From: Octopus sinensis
Lineage: Eukaryota
Assembly: GCF_006345805.1 (NCBI RefSeq)
Contig: NC_043012.1
Coordinates: 6,510,001-6,574,000 of the forward strand
DNA: 64,000 nt
Reading direction: 5' to 3'
Below the pieces are notes generated by a model. That model had not been told where the DNA came from and did not search any database. It saw only the letters and a program-made list of their open reading frames with translations. Of this stretch, positions 54,739 to 64,000 are shown one piece after another (within the stretch, counting starts at the first letter, position 1; every line of letters starts with the position of its first letter). Position numbers and translations under genes: made by a program.

Positions 54739-56288
54739 AGGATCATCAGCATCAGCATCATTGCTTAACATCTGCTTTCCATGCTGGCACAGGTTGGACG
54801 GTTTGAAAGAGGACTAGCAAGCCGGCAGGCTGCACCAGGCTCCAATTTGATCTGGCAAGGTTTCTACAGCTGCATGCCCTTCCCAACACCAATCACTCTG
54901 AGAGTGTAGTGGCTACTTTTTACATGCTACAGGCACAGGAGCCAGTCAGCGAGCACTGGCATTGACCATGTTTGGATGGTGCTTTTTACGTGCCACCAGT
55001 ACAGGAACCAGTCAGGTGGCACTGGCATCGACCATGTGCAGATGGTGATTTTTACGTGCCACCAGCACATAAGCCAGTCAGTTAGGGGGCACTAGCATCA
55101 AGTATATTAAAAGGGGTCTGTGGGAAAACCCATTTAAATAAATGGGTTGGGAACCATTGCAAAAATGTTGGGAACCACTGGTATAGAGCATGATGTGAGG
55201 GACATTTATTTACTATTTCTGACAGACTGAGCAACCACACAGAAAGTGGGTTGGGTTTCCTTCTCTGTCCAAGTACATGTTACATAACAAGCTGAGACAA
55301 TCAAATGGTTTGACAATGTCCTGAAGACTGGGATAAAGATTATGCATCTTAGAGGGTCTTCTTGTGAGATGACAGTTTGTTTAAGGCATAGCTGGGCACA
55401 TGTAGGGATTTACCTGCATACCTCTTCCTTTCACTCTTCCCCTTTCTCTCTCTTATCTTTTCTTTCACTTTCACTCTAGTTCTATCCCACTACCAATCTC
55501 TTTCTCTCTCTCTTTTTCCCACCCTTTCTCACATTTTCTTCTTCTCAATCTTATCTTCTTTCTCTACAACTCTGGCTCTTTCTTCCTTCCTCTATATTTT
55601 CACTCTCTCACTTTCTCTCTTGCTCTATCTCTCTCTCTCCTTTACATCCTTCATTTTTTTCTCTCTTTGTATTTCTTAGTCTGTTTCTCTCCCTCTCTTT
55701 ATTCCTCTTTCTCTGTTTCTCTATTACTCTCACTTTACACATTCTATATCTCTCACACACCCTCTCTCTTCCCTCCCCTCTCTCTGATCTCTCTCTCCTC
55801 CTCTCCCCCCTCTTTTTTCTCTCTCTCTCTCTCTCTCCCTTATTGTATCTGCTAGCAAGGGTAAGTTGAAATCATCCTTGCATCATCCTTCACTGACAAG
55901 AGAAGAAAGACGTCAACAAAGATGGGGGGAGGGGAAGAAATCTCAGGATATTCTGCCTCAAGGACAAGATGATGTAATTACAAGACAAACAACAATAGAT
56001 AAGGATTTGTTGTCGGGCAGACTCCGCAGACCGACCTGACCATCAAATTCCAGCATACAAAGTCAGATATTAAACTGAAGATACACACATACAAATACAG
56101 ATATAAAAATCACACACGCACACACACACACACAGGTGCATAATGTATATAAGGCACAAGTTGTGGTTGTGTAGTTGAGAAGATCATGGTCTTAGGTTCA
56201 GTCCCAGGCTGACCAAAGCTTCCCGTGTGGATTTGAGAGATGGAAATTTAAAGAAGCTGGCTATACCCACACACACAGAAATATGTGT

Positions 56289-56324
<36 letters not shown>

Positions 56325-56588
56325 GCATGTATGTGCACATGTTTGTGCACGTGTACACCTTTGTCTAGACATCATGTAACAATTACAAATGAGCATTATT
56401 GTCATACAAATGAAGTAGTTCATTTCCATATTATGTGTATACATAAATATATACATATGTATATATACATATATATATAATAATAAAAATATGAGGGAAT
56501 ATTATTCCAAACTTACAGGGAAAAATTCAATTTAGAAAAACTAAATCAAATTTCATCAAATATAATATATATATATATATATATATAT

Positions 56589-56760
56589 AAATTAGAACAA
56601 AACCACCTTTTATCAATTCAATAATGAAAAATCAAATTATACCATCTAGAAAAATTATGTTTTATCATATATTTAATCTTTCTATAAGATGTAATTTTTC
56701 TAGTTGGTATAATTTAATTTTTCATTATTGAATTGATAAAAGGTGTTTTACTTCTAATTT
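56589..56760. mobile_element. MITE-like fold-back with 69-bp terminal inverted arms, inside (TA)n
   Basis: Arms 56589-56657 and 56692-56760 are about 90% complementary (by eye); TA flanks. Confidence 0.75.
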
Positions 56761-56935
56761 ATATATATATATCAGTGGCTTTTCACCACTGGCACCACCA
56801 AAAGTGAACAATGGCAACATTAAAGGTGTGAAATTGTCATGATCTCTTGGACATTGACTGATGAGCAATAAGCTACGAATTTTCTGTTTGTAATGATTTG
56901 TAAAATTTTCAATTTGTGTTTTTGGCAAATTTTTG

Positions 56936-56984
<49 letters not shown>

Positions 56985-57022
56985 ATATATATGCATAAAT
57001 ACATATATCTACAGTAATACCA

Positions 57023-57064
<42 letters not shown>

Positions 57065-57210
57065 GTGTGTGGTAAAGTAAATTATTTTACTGAACCCTAA
57101 TTATATAACGTAATGTTTCAAATATACCGTAAATGGTCTTTTTACATACTGAACACTACTTGGTAAAATTAATTAATAATTAATTAATTTTACCCTTTTA
57201 TTATTGATTG

Positions 57211-57252
<42 letters not shown>

Positions 57253-57307
57253 TGCTTATATACATATATATATATATACATATATGCTTATATACATATA
57301 TATATAT

Positions 57308-57349
<42 letters not shown>

Positions 57350-57682
57350 AAACATACAGGTACACACACACAATGTATATATATTTGTGTGTGTGTGTGT
57401 ATGCATATATAAAGAAAGAGACAAAAAGACAGAAAGAATGCAATAGAGGGCAGTATATTGTATTGCAAGCCAGACTTAAACATACCAGTGTCTACATAAC
57501 AACACACGAGTGATCACAGTAACCCATACATGCAATGTACCCTGTCCCCCCCATCCACAAACACAAACACTTACTCACACTTTCAAATACACAGGCACAC
57601 TCATATATGTGTGTGGGACATTACAATCAGTATAAGACCAAAGTCTCCAGCGATAAGGGGAAACCATTGTAGTGTTACTTAC

Positions 57683-57964
57683 ATTTCACCTCTAGTCGTA
57701 CGGAGGCTGTCTTGGGACGTCCAATGACTGTGTGAGATAATTTGTTTTCAGCTTGACATATTACAGTCATTCGGTGTTCCATGCGAGTCACTGGATCAAA
57801 TGTCAGTGTTTCTCCTTTGTGTATTAAATATCCCGATTCTGAGAGCCATTTATATTGTGTGTCTGGAGGATTTCCAGGTCTTGCATGACATGTAAGCGTT
57901 TGCACATCTCCTGCAATCCACGGTAAGCTGCTCTGAGATGTGATCTTTGGACTTCCTGGCGTAT
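57683..57964 (-). CDS. Internal coding exon A of an Ig-superfamily (nephrin/sidestep-like) gene; one Ig domain
   Basis: Acceptor tttttctttcAG, donor T|GTAAGT; 282 nt, phase 1/1, open frame (Y/x)TPGSPKITSQSSLPWIAGDVQTLTCHARPGNPPDTQYKWLSESGYLIHKGETLTFDPVTRMEHRMTVICQAENKLSHTVIGRPKTASVRLEVK. Ig Cys...Trp...Cys pattern; the L.F.P...H...L.C.AEN-type ending is typical of nephrin/sidestep C2-type domains. Confidence 0.9.
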
Positions 57965-58340
57965 CTGAAAGAAAAATCATAAAAGAAATGAAAATTATTA
58001 ATAAAAATGAATGGTGAATGAAAGTCAGAAAATATCAAATTTCTACTTTCACTTTCACTTTGACTTCACTTAATATACGTTTAAAGACTTTTCATGTTGT
58101 GAGTCAGAACATTTTTCTACATAAAGCATTGATGGCTCATATATCATCAAGGCTAATATTTATTGAGTATTTTGAAAAGAAGAGTTGAAAACTATCCTCG
58201 GTATGTGCATATATATATATATATATATTATGAAGATATAACTTAATTGGTAAGTGGCTTTATTTGAGACCATGCGTTGGAATTAAAAATGATTGCAGTA
58301 TGGTAGATATATATTAGCCTCTTGGAAACACACAAAGACT

Positions 58341-58474
58341 GTGAACTTCACTTAAACATTTATTGTTAGTAATAGGTTGCTGTGCGACAATGTTCTCAGT
58401 GACCAGGTCGCAGTTTGGAGCAATGATAATTTCGACACCATATTACAAACCATAAACGTTTAAGTGAAGTTAAC
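58341..58474. repeat. Imperfect inverted repeat (23-bp arms) with an inner TGCGAC/GTCGCA hairpin
   Basis: gtgaacttcacttaaacatttat versus ataaacgtttaagtgaagttaac. Confidence 0.7.
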
Positions 58475-58982
58475 GGCCTTTGTACATTTGTGAATCATTA
58501 ATATATGTCATTCAGGCTACACTCATTATATATATGTGTGTGTGTGTGTGTATGGATGAAGGGATGGATAGAAAGATAGCTGAATAGAGAGATAAATATT
58601 TATTGTTCTAATGCAACAATATTGCTGACAGTAACTTTGAAGTTTTAGTCTGCTAAGCCAGAAAAATTCATGGTATTTTGCCAAAGTTCAGGAATTAATA
58701 TTTAGATCTATTAAGATGGTGATGTAAATAAGGAAAAAATGTCTTTCATTTGTACAAATGAGGTTAATAGTCCACAGGTTATCATTCTGTTTGTTTCTGC
58801 TCTTACCTTGTAGCTTAAGCCAGCTTCACTGTAACAATTATTGCTGTTGTTGTTTACATGTAAGTCAACCTTGACTGAGCAGAAAACCACAATAAAAAAG
58901 TATATTAGCCATGGCCAGACAGCACCCAATATATCCAACCATTGTAAGATGTAGTTTGAGAGAAATTTGGCTGCTATTTTTA

Positions 58983-59392
58983 GCAGGAGTGGCTGTGTGG
59001 TAAGTAGCTTGCTAACCAACCACATGGTTCTGGGTTCAGTTCTACTGCATGGCACCTTGGGCAAGTGTCTTCTACTATAGCCTCAGGCCGACCAAAGCCT
59101 TGTGAGTGGATTTGGTAGACGGAAACTGAAAGAAGCCTGTCGTATATATGTATATATATATGTATGTATGTGTATATGTTTGTGTGTCTGTGTCTGGCCC
59201 CCCAACATTGCTTGACATCCGATGGTGGTGTGTTTACATTCCCATAACTTAGCAGTTTGGCAAAAGATACTGATAGAATAAGTACTAGGCTTACAAAGAA
59301 TAAGTCCTGGGGTCAGTTTGCTTGACTAAAGGTGGTACTCCAGTATGGCTGCAGTCAAATGACTGAAACAAGTAAAAGAGTAAAAGAGAGAG
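58983..59392 (+). mobile_element. SINE family A, full length
   Basis: Match to family A. Confidence 0.9.
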
Positions 59393-61646
59393 AGACTGAG
59401 TGACCTTGTAGAGGTTTTGCTTCTCTTTGGCACGTATGGAGATATCTAAGTGATGTTAATGATGATCATAACATGGATTCTTTCAGCGTCCACCCATTGT
59501 CATGTCATTATAGTACTGGCTACCTTCTATACTATACTGCTCTCAATGTAGAGTGCTCTCGATTCTCCCAGCTCACATATATTCATATTAATTGACTTGC
59601 TGTTTGGTGTTGTACATAATTTTTGTCACTAATTTAGTATTCAACTTATGTGGCCATCACTAATTCTTAACCAAGATACTATATCGTATCTACAACTGGC
59701 AATCTGTCACTTAAAATGACAAATGTTCCAGTTGATTTGATCAATGGAACAGACTGCTTGTAAAGTTAACATGCAAGTGGCTGAGTGCTCCACAGACACG
59801 TGTACCCTTAATGTAGTTCTCAGGGAGATTCAATGTGACAAGTCCGGCCCTTTTGAATTACACGTATAACGCATTTTTGCCAGCAAAGCAGACTGGAGCA
59901 ACGTGAAATAAAGTGTCTTGCTCAAGGACACAACATGTCTCTGGGCATCCAACTCAGGACCTTGCGATCTTGAGCCAAATACTCTAACCACTAAGCCAAA
60001 TACTTTAATTACAATAAACAGAATGACCACTTGACCACAATTATTAGAAAAGATGTGTAATTGTTAAGAAGACATCTTCGGCTAACAACAGGGCTGACTT
60101 AGCAACATTATAAGTTCTTGGGGTGCAAATCCATGCCATGGGCCCTACAGTATATGTTTATTGACAGGAAATCACAGCATATATAGATCAGAATTGGGCC
60201 CCTAGACCTAGGAAGCCCCTGGTCAAGTACTTAGTGTGCCTATACCTTAAGATGACTCTTGCTAACAGTTAATATTTCTAATAATGAAGGTGGTAAAGGT
60301 AGCAAAATTGTTACCACGCTGGATAGAAAACTTAGTGTCATGTCTTCTGTCTTTACTGTGTTCTGAGTTCAATTCCCACTGGGAGTGGCTTTGCCTTTCA
60401 CCCTTTCAGGGTTGATAATATAAGTACCAATCGCTGGCCTATTGCCAAAATGTGAAATCAATATTTCTAATAATAAAGGCAGGAAGCTGGCAGAATCATT
60501 ACCACAATAGACAGAATGCTTAGCAGCATTTTTTCCAAATTTACACTGTGAGTTCAAATTCCACCAGGGTTGTTTACCTTTCACCCTTTCAGGGTCGATA
60601 AAAAAAGTACCAGTTGAGCAATGGGTTTGATGCAATCAACTTACCCCTCCCACAAAATTTTTGGCCTTCTGCCAAAATTTGAAACCAATATTTTTGATAA
60701 TGAAGCATGCCTGAAGTTGCTATCATGTTTGCTAACAATCAGATTATTATCCCCCTCTAATCACATTGCTGATTTCCAAGGATAAATAAATAAGGCTCTG
60801 AAAAATTCAATAAATTCAACAGAACCCTTTTCCTTCCATTTCCTTTTCTTCTTTTTTTTTGTGTCTCCTGCCTTTGTTTGGCTCAATTAATTCTTGTTCA
60901 GCTATGTTTATCTCTCCTTGATACACAGATAGTCCTGGTTAATTAAAATTATCCTGCTTGTTAAATTATGTGTGTCAGCAAATACTTCATTGTTTAGTTT
61001 TTAATTATCCGGCTTTAAAAGAAAAAAATTCCAAGTCTCCCATTTTAATCTTTGGATTCTTCAGTTTTCTTTATGTAGCTGTCAATTACTATTAATTAGC
61101 TGTGAAGACTTGTAGATAGAATTGTGTCGCAAATTACTATACACAGACAAATAAAAACATCCATTCAGTCATCCATTAATTGATTGAATACTCAATCAAT
61201 CCATCCTTCCACCCATCCATCCATCCATCTATCTGTTCATCCATCAATCCATCTATCCATCCATCCATCCACCCACCCAGTCTTCCATCCATTCATCTAT
61301 TATCCATCCACCTATGTCAGCATTTCCTAATCATTTTCCTCTTGTTCTATCCTTGAAATATATTTCATGCCTCAAGGAACTCCTACATAAAAAAAATATA
61401 ACATTATATATATATGTCTTTATTATACATTCATAGGCACAGGCATGGCTGTGTGGTAAGAAGTTTGCTTCCCAACCATATAATTCTGGGTTCAGTCCCA
61501 CTACATGGCACCTTGAGTAAGCTTTTTTCTGCAATACCCTCTGGTTGACCAAAGAGGCTTGTCAGTGGGTTTGAGAGATGGAAAATGAAAGAAGCCCATC
61601 ATGTGTGTGTGTACATATATATGTGTGTCTTTGGGTTAAGGTTAGG

Positions 61647-61782
61647 GTAGCTTGCTTACCAACACGGTGCCGGGTTCAGTCCCACTGCATGACACTTTGG
61701 GCAAGTGTCTTCTACTATAGCCTTGGGTCTACTAAAGTCTCATAAGTGGATTTGGTAGACAGAAACTGAAAGAAGCCCATCG

Positions 61783-61845
<63 letters not shown>

Positions 61846-62075
61846 TGTGTGGGTGTGTGTGTGTATGTGTGTATCTGTATTTTTCACACCACTCCCCACA
61901 TCACTTGACAACTGATGCTGGTGTGTTTATGTCCCCACAATTAGCGTTTCGGCAAAAGAGACCGAAAGAATAAGTACTAAGCTTATAAAAAATAAGTCCT
62001 GGGGTCGAATTACTCAACTAAAGGTGGTGCTCCAGCATGGCCATAGTCAAATGACTGAAACAAGTAAAAAGAAAA
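61647..62075 (+). mobile_element. SINE family A copy
   Basis: Match to family A; the extreme 5' end is missing. Confidence 0.85.
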
Positions 62076-62170
62076 AAAAAAGAATAAAAAAATACAGGTA
62101 AAGGTGTTACATTCCAGCTTTGCCCTGGAATGCAAATATCTCTAATCCTTTCATTACCATATTTCTGTTA

Positions 62171-62590
62171 CTCTTTTACTCTTTTTACTCTTTTACTTGT
62201 TTCAGTCATGTGACTGTGGCCATGCTGGTGCACCACCTTTAGTCGAGCAAATTGACCCCAGAACTTATTCTTTGTAAGCCTAGTACTTATTCTATCGGTC
62301 TCTTTTGCCAAAGCGCTAAGTTACGGGGACGTAAACACACCAGCATCAATTGTCAAACGATGTTGGGGGGGGGGACAAACACAGACATACAAACATATAC
62401 ACACACATACATGTATACATATATATACGACGGGCTTCTTTCATTTTCCGTCTACCAAATCCACTCACAAGGCTTTGGTCAGCCTGAGGCTATAGTAGAA
62501 GACACTTGCCCAAGGTGCCACACAGTGGGACTGAACCCAGAACCATGTGGTTCGTAAGGAAGCTACTTACCACACAGCCACTCCTACACC
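62171..62590 (-). mobile_element. SINE family A, full length, inverted relative to its neighbour
   Basis: Reverse complement of family A. Confidence 0.9.
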
Positions 62591-64000
62591 TAGAATGTAA
62601 AGTGCTGGAAAAAAAGCTGCAAAGCATATTGCTCAATGTGCTAACGACTCTGCCAGCTTTCTGCCCTAATTTGATGCATAAATTAACATGAAACTTTGAT
62701 GAATGGCTTTGATTTAGATCACTTTAAAAAAGAGGAAATTTGTATTATTTGAACCTAGAATAGTCTCAGGTGGTTTGGTATTAAAAAATTGGGGTTAAAG
62801 TTGATCTTTCTGATATGATGTGTTGTCTTTTAAGTACACATTTTAACCTTGAAATTCCTCTTCATCAAGAAAAAAATTATGATTGCACATAATAGATTTA
62901 ATTAATGATATTTGATTTATAAAACCCCAGACGTAGTGTGGACGATGGTGGCTTGTGTGTGGGGGAATGGTGAAGACGGGGAATAATTAGAAATAAAACC
63001 GAAAGACCTGTAAATAATGGAACATCATCGCATTAATTGTTTCATTTATCAGAAAGCTACTAAGGGGACCGTTTCCGTATTAGTTCTGTGATGATCTATC
63101 GGATTTATGTTTATGGAATGGACAGAGGTGGTGGTGGGCGGCAAGCAGGAAGGCTCCTGATAGTATTAAAATATTTCTAGTACTGATTCTTTATCTGTGT
63201 AATTGCTTACATAGCATTTTTCCTTGGAATATTGCCCAGATAAATATGAAAATGCACGTATTTGCTGATAATTTCTTCATAGTTCTGTGTATATTTCAAT
63301 TCCCCAAAGAGTAACTGTAATAGTAGTAGAATATGATAGTATGTGCACGTGTGTGATTGTCTGTATACGTGTGTACGCAAATTACTTTTATCTTTTTTTT
63401 AAAATTTATTTATTTATGTATTTTTTTTCTTTTATCAGAATATTGACCTCACAACTAAAAGTACACTTATTCACAGTAGGAAATTCATTTTTCAGATGTA
63501 AATTGACAGGAAGCAAGAAACTTTCAGGAAGGACATTTATTTTCAATAAATATGCTTCGTTCACAGTAACAAATGTCATTATGATTACTACAAATTAAAG
63601 ATTTCTAACATAGTCAAATAGTTGATTGCAAAAAAACAGAATATTTGTTACCAAACCTATATATATATACATATATTTCATCAATAAATATCTTCTACAA
63701 CTCAATATGAACACATAACGTAATACAGAACACTACAAACCTTTCAATTAATACCACTAACCCCCATACATCCCATACACCATTCACATTACAGATCTAT
63801 ATCTACCCTAATTGCACCAAATCCAGAACTTCTTACCTTCCTTACACATAATTGTTTTACTCAGGGACTAGTAGACATGACACCATTCATTAATCGGTGT
63901 GCATTCAAAGCAATGATTAGTAAATTCATGAAACCGGTATGCTTTTAAATCTCTTTAACAAGTCACAATAATGACTATTATTACATTTATTCCTACCTCA

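Noticed and set aside
56850-56900. Hammerhead at CTGATGAGCAATAAGCTACGAAT
   Set aside because: GAAA is imperfect and there is no complementary stem I or canonical stem II.
61630-61650. Telomeric TTAGGG (also ccctaa near 52000)
   Set aside because: Single units only, expected by chance.

Overview
AT-rich, microsatellite-dense eukaryotic DNA. The repeat families look like those of an octopus/cephalopod genome (inference from recalled repeats, not verified). The window lies inside one large minus-strand gene for an immunoglobulin-superfamily protein (nephrin/sidestep-like). Three single-Ig-domain, phase-1/phase-1 exons are visible (57683-57964, 23124-23405, 5533-5811), separated by introns of 34,277 and 17,312 bp. 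The introns are packed with several tRNA-headed SINE families and truncated LINEs (RTE, CR1, and R4/Dong-type with a restriction-like endonuclease). They also hold a Penelope-like element remnant, a probable Helentron-type HINE, fold-back elements and microsatellites. The most notable hidden signal is a set of minimal type-I hammerhead-ribozyme motifs from at least three element families. One sits downstream of a Penelope GIY-YIG ORF end and a tRNA-like A-box; only one is sense to the host gene, and it carries a core mutation. Other highlights are an RTE insertion with a twin-priming-type 5' inversion, a SINE whose tail matches that RTE's 3' end, Dong-type elements repeatedly abutting SINE (AAT)n tails, an alternating A/B hairpin minisatellite inside an RTE 3' UTR, and two equal-length paralogous Ig exons. 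Most ORFs in the supplied track are microsatellite artefacts. All coordinates, alignments and folds were derived by eye.
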